A DNA stretch of 64,000 nt, from positions 1-64,000 of the IMG/VR virus record IMGVR_UViG_3300033566_000060. One strand, given 5' to 3'. Origin of the DNA: a virus. Both the position numbers and the translations under genes were made by a program. How positions within the stretch are numbered: the first letter of the stretch is position 1; each line of letters begins with the position of its first letter. The notes beneath the pieces were generated by a model. The model ran no database searches and was not told where the DNA came from. It saw only the letters and a list, made by a program, of their open reading frames with translations. Shown piece by piece: positions 7,695 through 16,512 of this stretch.

Positions 7695-8056
7695 CGTAAA
7701 AAAGAGTTAGTATGGTTAATAGTCATTTGCAACAAGTTGATTTCACTTACAACAACGTTTTTTTGATGTAGTTGTTCGTTTATTTTTTCTTTCAAAATCT
7801 CAATGTCGTTCTCTACACTTTTGTAAATCCGGCGTTCCGACTCCATTTTTTTTAATGAATGGGTAACGGAAGATATGTTTCGATTTACAATTTCACTGAT
7901 ACTCTCGTGGGTATAGCCCAATAACTTCCAAAGCATGTAAATATACATCCTCCTTGCCACCACAACTTCTCCGTTTCTTAATTTAGAAAAAAGCACATCT
8001 TCCTCAATCCCGTAGTAGGCACATACGATTGATAAAATTGTTTTTGGATTATTCAT
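7691..8056 (-). CDS. DnaA C-terminal (domain IV)-like HTH protein
   Basis: VVVARRMYIYMLWKLLGYTHESISEIVNRNISSVTHSLKKME resembles the DnaA DNA-binding-domain signature (R..AM.L.R.L...S...I.......HSTV.H...K). Confidence 0.6.
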   Translation of the reverse strand: MNNPKTILSIVCAYYGIEEDVLFSKLRNGEVVVARRMYIYMLWKLLGYTHESISEIVNRNISSVTHSLKKMESERRIYKSVENDIEILKEKINEQLHQKNVVVSEINLLQMTINHTNSFLR

Positions 8057-8927
8057 TTTTTATGAATTTTTCAAAATCAGTTTTTATATCAGCATGCTTT
8101 TTAAAGAATTCCATCAAGATATTTTTTTTAGCCCTTACTTGTGCTTTATCTGTATTTCCTGATTGAATTTTATTTAGCTCTTCTTTAAAATTAAGACGAT
8201 CTTGTTTGTTTACTGATGTGCTTTTCTGTAATTCTTCCTCTACCTGAATTTTGGCTTGTTCTAACTTTTTTAAAAAGTACATTTGAATTTCAGGCTCCTC
8301 TTTGGTTGGTTTTTTAATAATGTTTCGCTCGTAGAGTTCATCGAAAATATATACAAATGGCTCTTCAATATCTTTTAATTCAAGGTATTCATTGAATTTA
8401 CGAATAATAGCATTATCCATTGTTGTTTTCTCGTCTATTAAATTAGCATCGAGAGTTACCGTTTCTTTTTTAGGAGAAATATGATGCTGAAATTTAGTTT
8501 CTTGTTTCCATTTTTTGTACTTTTTTAAAATATCAGCCACATACTCAGCATTAAAAAGCTGAAAATGCTCTGTTTTTTTATCGTACACGCCATGTCTTTC
8601 CAATTCAAAGGCTTTGTATATCTCCTCAATAGATAGTTCAGAATAGACACTAAAAATCATATTTGTAATATCTTGGGATATTTCATCGCTGTCTGCAACT
8701 TTTAATCCGGACAAAGCGCAAATTTTAGTCCATGCGATAGAAAGAAGGAATCCAATGTTGATTTCTGTTTTTCGATCACGAAGTTTTTTAAAATCATAAT
8801 CTTTTTTTAAAAAAGCAATTGGAGATAGATTGCAACTATCAACCACTTGTTGAAACTCCTGTAGCGCAATTTGCTGTTTATGCTCAATTATCGCTAATTT
8901 ATCCATTTTGTAATCGTTACTCTCCAT
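8049..8927 (-). CDS. hypothetical protein (replication module)
   Basis: 292-aa ORF overlapping both neighbours by a few nt. No motif recognised. Confidence 0.7.
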   Translation of the reverse strand: MESNDYKMDKLAIIEHKQQIALQEFQQVVDSCNLSPIAFLKKDYDFKKLRDRKTEINIGFLLSIAWTKICALSGLKVADSDEISQDITNMIFSVYSELSIEEIYKAFELERHGVYDKKTEHFQLFNAEYVADILKKYKKWKQETKFQHHISPKKETVTLDANLIDEKTTMDNAIIRKFNEYLELKDIEEPFVYIFDELYERNIIKKPTKEEPEIQMYFLKKLEQAKIQVEEELQKSTSVNKQDRLNFKEELNKIQSGNTDKAQVRAKKNILMEFFKKHADIKTDFEKFIKNE

Positions 8928-9744
8928 GATTCGGTATGTTTTGTCCTGGTATTTTTACGTTGGCGAAAGAATTGAATGTCTTTTCTGCATTAGCTATTGT
9001 CATACGTCCTAATTTTTGTTCATCCGGATCTTTTTCTTTTTGCGCGGAACTTTTTTCTTTTTGAAAATTTTTATCGTTTTTAGCCCACGTGTTTAATCTT
9101 CGTTCTAAATCCCATGTTTTTTCAAGTTCTTGTTTGAATTTTGTTTTTGATTTATTTGGTTCTGTCCAATAAGCGTAAAAATCATTAAGTAAATCTTTTC
9201 CATAAGTTTTAAAAAAAGGTTGGAGTGTGGAAGCAAATTTTAATTTGCGACTATCTAAATCTTCTTTACTTTCGTTTAATATAGTTTCCTCTACTTTACT
9301 TTGTGTGTTTACGGGTACTATAGTTTGTAGTTTACTTTGTTTCCTCACCCCTAAACTAATTAAAAGTTGTATTAAACCTTCTAAACTAATACATTTATTT
9401 TTTCTCTTAAAATATGCGTCTTGAATACTATCAACAAAATCTTGACACCAAATTATTTTATTTTCCTCCCAAAGGATAGAATCAAATTTACCTAAATCAA
9501 CTAAATCTTTAATTATAGCTAAAAGAATTTCTTTGCTTATTTTACATTTAGCACTCAAAAACATTACGGTGGTAGGTTTGGATAAATCCAAATAATGATA
9601 GTTAGCTTTTGCTAATTCTCTTAATATTTTTATAAATGTAGCAAATCCGTCATTACCATAGGTTTCTTCTATGTAATACATTTTATTTCCTTCCTCACAA
9701 AAAAAAGGAAAATAATCTACGTTATTTCTTTCAGGTCTTGCCAT
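8917..9744 (-). CDS. DUF4373/Lin1244-like replication initiation (replisome organiser-like) protein
   Basis: N-terminus VDYFPFFCEEGNKMYYIEETYGNDGFATFIKILRELA matches the DYFPH-type N-terminal domain common in phage replication proteins. Confidence 0.55.
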   Translation of the reverse strand: MARPERNNVDYFPFFCEEGNKMYYIEETYGNDGFATFIKILRELAKANYHYLDLSKPTTVMFLSAKCKISKEILLAIIKDLVDLGKFDSILWEENKIIWCQDFVDSIQDAYFKRKNKCISLEGLIQLLISLGVRKQSKLQTIVPVNTQSKVEETILNESKEDLDSRKLKFASTLQPFFKTYGKDLLNDFYAYWTEPNKSKTKFKQELEKTWDLERRLNTWAKNDKNFQKEKSSAQKEKDPDEQKLGRMTIANAEKTFNSFANVKIPGQNIPNHGE

Positions 9745-9745
9745 A

Positions 9746-10396
9746 TTAGAACTTTTTATACTTGTTGTTATAAATTTTTCTCATTTCTCCTAAAAGTTGA
9801 CTATAAGAAGTAATGTAATTCATATCAATAGCAAAAGATAATTTAGTTTGAATATCATTAAGTTCTTGAAGTTCTTCCTGAGTAGCTGTCTGGCGTAGAT
9901 TTTTACCTGTTTTATTGTAAACAATCCATTGAAGTGCTTTAGCTACTTCTTGAAATGAATATCCTTTTAGTTTTACAACTGATGTAGCAAGACTTTTATA
10001 GTTATCCCCCGCATCGTTTCTTTGCTGAATAAGTTGATCGTAAACAAATTTTATAACTGACAATTTGAATTTTGGATTTAACCACATTGAGAAGTCGATA
10101 AATAAATATGGGTGCATCCAAACTTCATCTTTTGTTTTTCCTTTAGCAGTATTCCTTCCTTTTTTAATAGATAAAGCCATATCCGAAAATCCGGATTGGG
10201 CTATTTCTTCATTTAAGGCATTTAAAAATTCTCCAGTAGCTTTTGAATTTAAGAAATCTAACATTTGTCTTTTAGTATTAGACTTATTAGAATTCCATTG
10301 CGAAAGCAATTCATTAGCATTAAAATAACCGTCTTTAGTTCGCTGTAGTACTTCAAAACTACCCATTCTACGAACCATTGTAACACTTGTTACCAT
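9746..10396 (-). CDS. KilA-N domain DNA-binding protein
   Basis: FEVLQRTKDGYFNANELLSQWN ... WMHPYLFIDFSMWLNPKFK matches the KilA-N pattern. Confidence 0.6.
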   Translation of the reverse strand: MVTSVTMVRRMGSFEVLQRTKDGYFNANELLSQWNSNKSNTKRQMLDFLNSKATGEFLNALNEEIAQSGFSDMALSIKKGRNTAKGKTKDEVWMHPYLFIDFSMWLNPKFKLSVIKFVYDQLIQQRNDAGDNYKSLATSVVKLKGYSFQEVAKALQWIVYNKTGKNLRQTATQEELQELNDIQTKLSFAIDMNYITSYSQLLGEMRKIYNNKYKKF

Positions 10397-10420
10397 TTTA
10401 GTTTTAGATTAAATTAAAAA

Positions 10421-10469
10421 CCCCTCAATCGTTTGGACTTTTTGTGAGAGCGTCCGCCCGATTAAGGGG
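10421..10469 (-). terminator. terminator-like long hairpin between SSB and KilA-N genes
   Basis: 11-bp stem cccctcaatcg / cgattaagggg (one mismatch) followed by a T-run on the minus strand. The 27-nt loop is unusually large. Confidence 0.4.
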
Positions 10470-10621
10470 TAAAATGTTTTTTATGTTTTGTATTGGCTCT
10501 CACCTCAATACGAAAACAATATTAAAGCAATTTTTCTTACCAACAAAACATAAATTAACATTTTTTTGTAATACGGAATTAGTCTAAATAACCGATAAAA
10601 TGAACCGTTGGTCGATTTTTG

Positions 10622-10993
10622 TTAAAACGGCATATCTTCGAATTCTTCTGTATTGCTTTGAGGAGCTTCAAAAGCATCGCTTGGCGCTACCGGTTCAAAT
10701 GTAGGTGCTTGTTGTTGTGGTTCTGCTCTTTCTATTCTCCACCCGCGTATTGAATTAAAATATTTGGTTTCTCCTTGTGGATTTACCCACTCCCTACCCG
10801 CAAGATTTATTGACACTTTTACTGCATCACCGACTTTGTACGGATCAACTAAATCGGCTTTGTCCCCTGCAAACTCAATCATAATGTGTTGCGGATATTG
10901 CTCTTGAGTGGTTACTACCATTTCAGATTTCACGAATGTTGCAGAAACCTGAATATTCGGATTAATTGCTTTTACTTTTCCTTCTACTTGCAT
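10622..10993 (-). CDS. single-stranded DNA-binding protein (DUF3127/OB-fold type)
   Basis: OB-like N-terminal domain, Q/P-rich linker, and acidic C-terminal tail EEFEDMPF analogous to the SSB DDDIPF tail. Confidence 0.65.
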   Translation of the reverse strand: MQVEGKVKAINPNIQVSATFVKSEMVVTTQEQYPQHIMIEFAGDKADLVDPYKVGDAVKVSINLAGREWVNPQGETKYFNSIRGWRIERAEPQQQAPTFEPVAPSDAFEAPQSNTEEFEDMPF

Positions 10994-10997
10994 ATTA

Positions 10998-11414
10998 TTA
11001 TTGTATTAAATCGGTTAAATCTACGGGTTGGAATCCTTCTGGTTTTAAAATTTTACCATCTGGGTTTCGGATTACCTTGCCTTCAACTACTTTTGTCATG
11101 TTGTTGGTATGTACGCGGTTGAATGCCTCTTCGAATACATCGCCAAAACCATGTTGATTTATCGTGCCGGCTAAAATGTACATTTTATCTACTAAGGCAT
11201 CTAAAATCTCGATTTTATCATCAGCATCACACGCTACAATGTATTCCGTGTTTTCCTCTTTCATTAAATCGTAACGAAGTCGGTTTTCCTCAAAAGTTAG
11301 ATTGGTTGGTTTTTCATTCACCGGTTGTCCGGAAGCAATTTGGAACTCTTTTACGGATTCTAAAATTTGTTTCAGTTTCATTATTTTATTTGGTTTAAGG
11401 TTATTTATTTTCAC
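10998..11414 (-). CDS. MazG-like nucleoside triphosphate pyrophosphohydrolase
   Basis: All-alpha NTP-PPase pattern R..L..EE..E......D..E..DAL.D..Y...G. The true start may be the internal MKLKQ at 11381. Confidence 0.55.
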   Translation of the reverse strand: MKINNLKPNKIMKLKQILESVKEFQIASGQPVNEKPTNLTFEENRLRYDLMKEENTEYIVACDADDKIEILDALVDKMYILAGTINQHGFGDVFEEAFNRVHTNNMTKVVEGKVIRNPDGKILKPEGFQPVDLTDLIQ

Positions 11415-11425
11415 AGTAAATTTAA

Positions 11426-12274
11426 TTATACTTTATTAAGTGTTAATGTGGAGTAATATTCTAATGCCATTGGAATTACATCGAGAATTTTTTGTTCAAA
11501 ATCGCGATCTCTTTTTATTTTATAGGTTTTTACCCTTTCTTCTTTTGTGTAGTTAGGGTTGTCGCTATAAATCAGGTTTCTTCGTAACTGATCGAAAATA
11601 GGTTTAGCTTCTGGAGTGTCTGGATCGGTTATTCCGTATCTATTTCTAAGTTTCCAAACTTCACTCTCATAAATATGTGGTGGACAATCTACCAAACAAT
11701 AATGCAGGTGGAATTCATCAGCGTCATAAAGATACATATAAACTCTTCCTTGTATTTCGTACAAGGTTGAAAAATCAGCATTCATAAAAGTTTCAGCGTC
11801 AAAGTTACATTTAATATCTTTTATGATTTTCTTTCCTTCTTCAATATGTACAATATCACATTCTCCGCTAATGTTCCCTATTGTAATTCTTTCGTCGTTT
11901 TTAAGGTAAAACTGCCCTTCCACATCACAAAGAAGATCAATTCCGTCCTCTTCTGAAAACAAACCTTTCATAACATAACGATTTTCAAGGTTTTTTAAGA
12001 ATCCTTTTTCGTTAAAACGCCAAATTTTCTCTACCTCTTTTTTAGCTGTTAGTGATAATTCAGGTTTAGCATCTCTTTTTTTAATAAGAGTTTGTAGTTC
12101 AGATGCTTTTGTGTCGGTCCATTTTACCTTATTACCGTTTTTATTGAGTCCAAATTCCATTTCGTAATTTAATTCATCAATTCTATCTATTTGAACTGGA
12201 GTTATTTTAGTATCTCTATTTTCAACTAATAAGTTTGCGAAACTTGATGCACGGAATAATATTTTTTCTGTCAT
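11426..12274 (-). CDS. PD-(D/E)XK exonuclease (YqaJ/lambda-Exo-like)
   Basis: D...E.K-type block (CDIVHIEEGKKIIKDIKC). Sits immediately downstream of a RecT-like gene, the usual Exo/annealase pairing. Confidence 0.55.
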   Translation of the reverse strand: MTEKILFRASSFANLLVENRDTKITPVQIDRIDELNYEMEFGLNKNGNKVKWTDTKASELQTLIKKRDAKPELSLTAKKEVEKIWRFNEKGFLKNLENRYVMKGLFSEEDGIDLLCDVEGQFYLKNDERITIGNISGECDIVHIEEGKKIIKDIKCNFDAETFMNADFSTLYEIQGRVYMYLYDADEFHLHYCLVDCPPHIYESEVWKLRNRYGITDPDTPEAKPIFDQLRRNLIYSDNPNYTKEERVKTYKIKRDRDFEQKILDVIPMALEYYSTLTLNKV

Positions 12275-12324
12275 GTGGTATCTTTTTAAAAGCCGGATTT
12301 TTTAGGTTCCGGCTTATTGGTTGG

Positions 12325-13239
12325 TTACTTGGTTGCTTTTTGAAGTTCTTTTTCTTTATCGGAGTACGCCGTGAATAGGTTGTAATCCTCTTCAGGAGCA
12401 ATGTACTTCCCAAACGGACACGATTGCAATTCTGCCAAAGTAGCTGAAATCTCGATGTGTTTGTAGCAGTACAAATCTACCAATTCCACATCTCCTTCTT
12501 TAATAGCTGCAGCACATCGTTGTAACATAGCTACATCGCCTGAAGTTTCGATGTGTTTTTTTACCCGCGCTTGTTCTTTTTCGTTAGAAACCTCTTTGTG
12601 GTTTGGTTTTTTAGCACCTTCAATAATTGTAATGTCAGTAACATCACCATCAGTAACTTCAATTCCTGAGATAGCACTTACTAACCAAGCTCTTCCTTTT
12701 CTAGTTGCTTTACCCACTAGCGCATCTACAGAGGTGTACGCATCCAATTTTACTGAAATAGGAATATCTTGTTCTTTGGTTTCGTTATTGATAGTCCATT
12801 TGATGTTCACATCAACAACGGCAGATTTGTTGTCTGGTTGTGGTTTCGGAACTCCGCAAACTAAAGTATATTGAAGTCCTTTCCATGTCGCCAATAACCT
12901 TCCAAGTCCTTCCTTGGTTGCGTATGTATTACCTGCGATAATATTAAATTCATTACCATAAGGTTGTAATCCCATAAGCACCGCTTCGATAAGGCAGTTT
13001 TTAACAACATCTACAGGATAACCACCGGATTTGTCTTTGTCTGTTTTAAATCCGAGTCTGTTTCCCTGTAATTGCATGATTGGGGCCATGTACTCAGGAG
13101 TAAGTAATGTTTTCAAAACTTCGATTGACTGTGCTGTTTGGTAGGCCCTTTCAAATCCCTGAAGGTTTACCTGGTTTAAAACCGATCCTACGGCTTCGTT
13201 AAGTTTTAAAGCAACTGCTGTGTTTTTGTTTTCTGACAT
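12325..13239 (-). CDS. RecT/Bet-like single-strand annealing protein
   Basis: Central block VVKNCLIEAVLMGLQPYGNEFNIIAGNTYATKEGLGRLL resembles RecT-family cores. Paired with the exonuclease. Confidence 0.5.
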   Translation of the reverse strand: MSENKNTAVALKLNEAVGSVLNQVNLQGFERAYQTAQSIEVLKTLLTPEYMAPIMQLQGNRLGFKTDKDKSGGYPVDVVKNCLIEAVLMGLQPYGNEFNIIAGNTYATKEGLGRLLATWKGLQYTLVCGVPKPQPDNKSAVVDVNIKWTINNETKEQDIPISVKLDAYTSVDALVGKATRKGRAWLVSAISGIEVTDGDVTDITIIEGAKKPNHKEVSNEKEQARVKKHIETSGDVAMLQRCAAAIKEGDVELVDLYCYKHIEISATLAELQSCPFGKYIAPEEDYNLFTAYSDKEKELQKATK

Positions 13240-13242
13240 AAA

Positions 13243-13470
13243 TTATCGTTTTAAATAGTTGTTGAAATTTTCTTTGGTGACTACTTTTTTGCCGTTGTAG
13301 TATTCGTACTCCAATATCTTGTCCTTGACATGACGCTGGATGGTTCTGAGTGAGCTTCCGGACAGTTTGGCCACCTCTTCTAAAGAGAGTTTTTCGCTGT
13401 TCTCAATTTGGCTTTTGATATTGGCAGCTACTTCCGGAGTCACGTACAATTCGATTTTCTGTAATGACAT
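13243..13470 (-). CDS. excisionase/MerR-like HTH protein
   Basis: LSLEEVAKLSGSSLRTIQRHVKDKIL helix-turn-helix. Start moved to ATG 13470, which directly abuts the upstream stop at 13472. Confidence 0.55.
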   Translation of the reverse strand: MSLQKIELYVTPEVAANIKSQIENSEKLSLEEVAKLSGSSLRTIQRHVKDKILEYEYYNGKKVVTKENFNNYLKR

Positions 13471-13471
13471 T

Positions 13472-14965
13472 TTATTGTTGTTTTGGTTCTGGTACTTTCC
13501 AAGTTTCATCCATATATTCAATGAAACCATCTAAATTAGCGTCTTCTTTTGCTTGATGGCGATACCATTTTAAAATATGTTTCCATGTTATTGGTTCAAA
13601 ATTAGGTTCTGTTGTAACTTCTTCGAAACCTACTTCCATAGTTTTAATTTCTTCCTCAACACTTTCCGAAGTGGAATAACCGTCTGCTTTTATTGTTTCG
13701 GAATCTATTGCATCATCATAAGGATCATCGCTAAGAAACCCGAATTTTTCATCTATTTCAAATGTTTTGACAGTATTAATAACATCAAGACATTCCTCTT
13801 CTTTTTCGATTCCGTGTATTGTTTCTGGTAATGGTTGTTTTTTTAATTCATCCAATCTTTTTAATTCGTCTTGAATGGATTTTACTTCAATATCAAAGTC
13901 GTTGTCGGTTCCGTGAGCAATAACATTTAGCAAACTGCAATACCCAGAATTACCAAGTCTTTGTTCGACTACGGAATACGAAATTCCTAATAACTTTAGT
14001 TTTTCGTTTCTGGAATCTATTTTTACTTTCTTCTGTTTTTCTTCAAACTCCGCTTTTTCTTTCAGGAAGTCTTCACGTTCCAAACGTTGTTTTTCATCGG
14101 ATTTCAGTTTTTCAATCCGGTCATTCAATAATTTTTGAATGTCGGCTCTTTTTTCACCGAACTCTTTTTGTAGTTCCTGACATTCCAATGCTTTTTCGTC
14201 GATAAACTGTTTTGAGATAGCATCGATGTTACCAAATTCAAGGCGGTTGATATCTAAAATCCAATTATTAAACCAGTTTGAAATGGATTCACGTATTTGA
14301 TTCACTCTTTTTATGTCGGCCAAACGTTCTGCTTCGATACGATTGTTTTCTGCTTCGGTAAGTGATTTTACTTTGTTGGCTAAAATCTCGTTTAAAAGCG
14401 ACACTTCTTTACTGAATAACAATTCAAATTCAGCAAATTGCGTTCTATCTACAGATTCTACGGTTTCAGCAAAATCACGTTGTACAGTTTCAATGTCATT
14501 AAACTTTATTTTTTCGAATGCCGACTTCCAATTGGTGCCAAACTCATTGATAGAATTTCTAATCCCTGTAACACGTTTTTCCTCCGCAATACGGGCCGCT
14601 TCTTTTTTAGCTTCCACGGCATCTTCCCAAACTGTTACCTTTTCCTGACGTACAGTTTCAGCATCTTTTACCGTTTGTATTTCGACATCGTAGGCTTCGG
14701 AAACCGTTCCTAAAATCTTGGTTTTGATTTTATCCACCACTTCTTTTTTCTCTTTCTCCAATCCGGTACGCAAGGTTTTCACCGCCGTTCGGCTTTTCTT
14801 CATTACATCATAGGTAACATTATCAACGATGTCAATAATAGGGTTGGCATCAATTACAGATTTAATCTCCGCTTTCTTGTTCTGCAGTTCCGGAAGTTGG
14901 TTGACATTGAAGTCTTCCAAATGAATCAGTTGCGCTTCTTGTTTTGCTGTTTTTTGTGGAGTCAT
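13472..14965 (-). CDS. coiled-coil protein, first gene of the leftward operon
   Basis: 497 aa, K/E-rich heptad-like sequence. No catalytic motif recognised. Confidence 0.75.
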   Translation of the reverse strand: MTPQKTAKQEAQLIHLEDFNVNQLPELQNKKAEIKSVIDANPIIDIVDNVTYDVMKKSRTAVKTLRTGLEKEKKEVVDKIKTKILGTVSEAYDVEIQTVKDAETVRQEKVTVWEDAVEAKKEAARIAEEKRVTGIRNSINEFGTNWKSAFEKIKFNDIETVQRDFAETVESVDRTQFAEFELLFSKEVSLLNEILANKVKSLTEAENNRIEAERLADIKRVNQIRESISNWFNNWILDINRLEFGNIDAISKQFIDEKALECQELQKEFGEKRADIQKLLNDRIEKLKSDEKQRLEREDFLKEKAEFEEKQKKVKIDSRNEKLKLLGISYSVVEQRLGNSGYCSLLNVIAHGTDNDFDIEVKSIQDELKRLDELKKQPLPETIHGIEKEEECLDVINTVKTFEIDEKFGFLSDDPYDDAIDSETIKADGYSTSESVEEEIKTMEVGFEEVTTEPNFEPITWKHILKWYRHQAKEDANLDGFIEYMDETWKVPEPKQQ

Positions 14966-15012
14966 ATTTTATGGTTTAATTAAACTTAGTGTCGCAAAGT
15001 AAGGGATAAAAA

Positions 15013-15039
15013 ACGACAAAAACAAAGAAAAACGACAAA
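15013..15039. promoter_or_regulatory. two direct ACGACAAA boxes
   Basis: Copies at 15013-15020 and 15032-15039. They mirror two inverted TTTGTCGTG boxes at 15214-15232. Confidence 0.45.
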
Positions 15040-15093
15040 TAGTTAGTTTGTAGAATTTTACATAGAATGAGTCTAAATTGCAGTATATCAGCA

Positions 15094-15115
15094 CCGGACA
15101 AATGTCGGACAAATA
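15094..15115 (+). promoter_or_regulatory. tandem 11-bp operator-like repeat (C/T)CGGACAAAT(G/A) x2
   Basis: ccggacaaatg followed by tcggacaaata. The same tandem pair recurs at 28767-28787. Confidence 0.5.
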
Positions 15116-15213
15116 GAGGTGTTGCAAAATAAAACCGTAGTGTTTATTGGTGTTTGCGACGATTTGTTACAATCGGGGGGAGATTGTAACGGTAAAATCG
15201 TGTTGAAAATATT

Positions 15214-15232
15214 TTTGTCGTGTTTTGTCGTG
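15214..15232. promoter_or_regulatory. two TTTGTCGTG boxes (inverted relative to 15013-15039)
   Basis: tttgtcgtg at 15214-15222 and 15224-15232, just upstream of the rightward -7 box. Confidence 0.45.
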
Positions 15233-15245
15233 TAAAAATAAAATG

Positions 15246-15253
15246 TATATTTG
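15246..15253 (+). promoter_or_regulatory. Bacteroidota-type -7 promoter box (TATATTTG)
   Basis: Matches the TAnnTTTG consensus. Positioned to drive the plus-strand cassette array. Confidence 0.5.
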
Positions 15254-15261
15254 CTAAAGAA

Positions 15262-15387
15262 TAACGGTTCGCAGCTATACGAAGGGCGGGATTTAAAAAC
15301 AAAAATTTAATATGATGCAGAAAACTTTATTTGAAAACGAGAACTTGATTGAACCACTAAAACCCGCCTTTTGTATAGGTGCTGTTA
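15262..15387 (+). repeat. attC-like imperfect hairpin element H0 (head of plus array), 126 bp
   Basis: TAAC (15262-15265) plus GGTTC spacer. Stem 15271-15290 pairs with 15363-15382 (two G:T pairs, one G:G mismatch 5 nt from GTTA). The 72-nt loop contains ATG 15312. Ends in GTTA 15384-15387. Confidence 0.8.
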
Positions 15388-16346
15388 GCCGCAGTACTTT
15401 GTTGTTCGGGGATTGCTTGATTGAAAGCGATAAAATAGAAAGTGGCTCAGTTGATTTAATATTGACCGATTTGCCTTATGGAAATATGAAGGGATTAAAT
15501 TATAAAGTATTTAATAACCCCAGTAAAGATAACGGTGGTTTGATTTGGGATAATACGATTGATGCAAATAAAATAATGCAAATAGCAAACCGAATACTTC
15601 GTAAAAATGGTAAAATGCTTTTATTTGCTCAACAACCGTTCACGACTGAATTAATAAATGCACAAATACCAAACTTACCGCATTCTTATAATTTAATTTG
15701 GGAGAAAACAGACTTTGCAAACTGCTTATTAATAAATAAGTCTTGTGCTAATTTTTATGAAGATATTTTGATATTTAGTAAGAACCACCAAAAACACGAC
15801 TTTGAAGGAATGCACCCATTAAGACATTATTTTAAAAAAGTTATGGATTTTATAGGGCTTAATAAAAAAGCGATAGTTGAAAAGATAGGACAAAAGGCAG
15901 ACCATACATTTAGAACTGATAGTACTCAATACGGATTATGCACCGAAAAAACATACTTAGAATTGATTGAAGTATTTGGTATTGATAAAATAGAAGGATT
16001 TAAAACCTTTGCAGAATTAAAGCAAATTGATACTGAATATAGAACTGACTTATTAAAGCAAATGAATAACCAATACCCAAGTACTTTTAACCTTTGGGAG
16101 GGCAACAAATACAAAAGCAACATTTTGAAATACAAAAAGGATTACAACGGCTATCATCCTACTCAAAAACCTATTTTATTGCTTGAAGATTTAATAAAGA
16201 CTTTTAGTAACGAAGGTAATTTAGTAGTTGACTTAACAATGGGTAGCGGCTCAACTGGAGTTGCTTGTAAGAACACAAATAGAAACTTTATCGGAATTGA
16301 GAAAGATGAAAATTATTATAATGTCGCTGTACGGAGGTGTTCTTAG
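15312..16346 (+). CDS. DNA methyltransferase, N4/N6 beta-class (cassette 1 cargo)
   Basis: DLILTDLPYGN (motif IV, DPPY-like) precedes the C-terminal VVDLTMGSGSTGVAC (motif I). Boxed by GTTAGCCGCAGTAC (15384-15397) and GTATTGCGGCTAAC (16346-16359). The first 24 codons lie in the hairpin. Confidence 0.8.
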   Translation: MMQKTLFENENLIEPLKPAFCIGAVSRSTLLFGDCLIESDKIESGSVDLILTDLPYGNMKGLNYKVFNNPSKDNGGLIWDNTIDANKIMQIANRILRKNGKMLLFAQQPFTTELINAQIPNLPHSYNLIWEKTDFANCLLINKSCANFYEDILIFSKNHQKHDFEGMHPLRHYFKKVMDFIGLNKKAIVEKIGQKADHTFRTDSTQYGLCTEKTYLELIEVFGIDKIEGFKTFAELKQIDTEYRTDLLKQMNNQYPSTFNLWEGNKYKSNILKYKKDYNGYHPTQKPILLLEDLIKTFSNEGNLVVDLTMGSGSTGVACKNTNRNFIGIEKDENYYNVAVRRCS

Positions 16347-16355
16347 TATTGCGGC

Positions 16356-16481
16356 TAACGTCCTGCCACTTGGCGATGTGGCAAAAAAGTACGCCCGAAT
16401 TATCGGATTATTACAAGTGCGTAAGGCACAAAACCAATTATAAATTAAGCCTGAACTTGCCATATTGCCAAATGGCTGTTA
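16356..16481 (+). repeat. attC-like imperfect hairpin element H1, 126 bp
   Basis: TAAC plus GTCCT spacer. Stem 16365-16384 pairs with 16457-16476, with C16369 opposite A16472 and two G:T pairs. 72-nt loop. Ends in GTTA 16478-16481. Confidence 0.85.
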
Positions 16482-16512
16482 TGTGAGGTTGTGGGTTTTT
16501 AAAACAGATTTT

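Noticed and set aside
12222-12413. 63-aa ORF bridging the exonuclease and RecT-like genes.
   Set aside because: It overlaps both well-supported neighbours and has basic low-complexity content. It is probably spurious.
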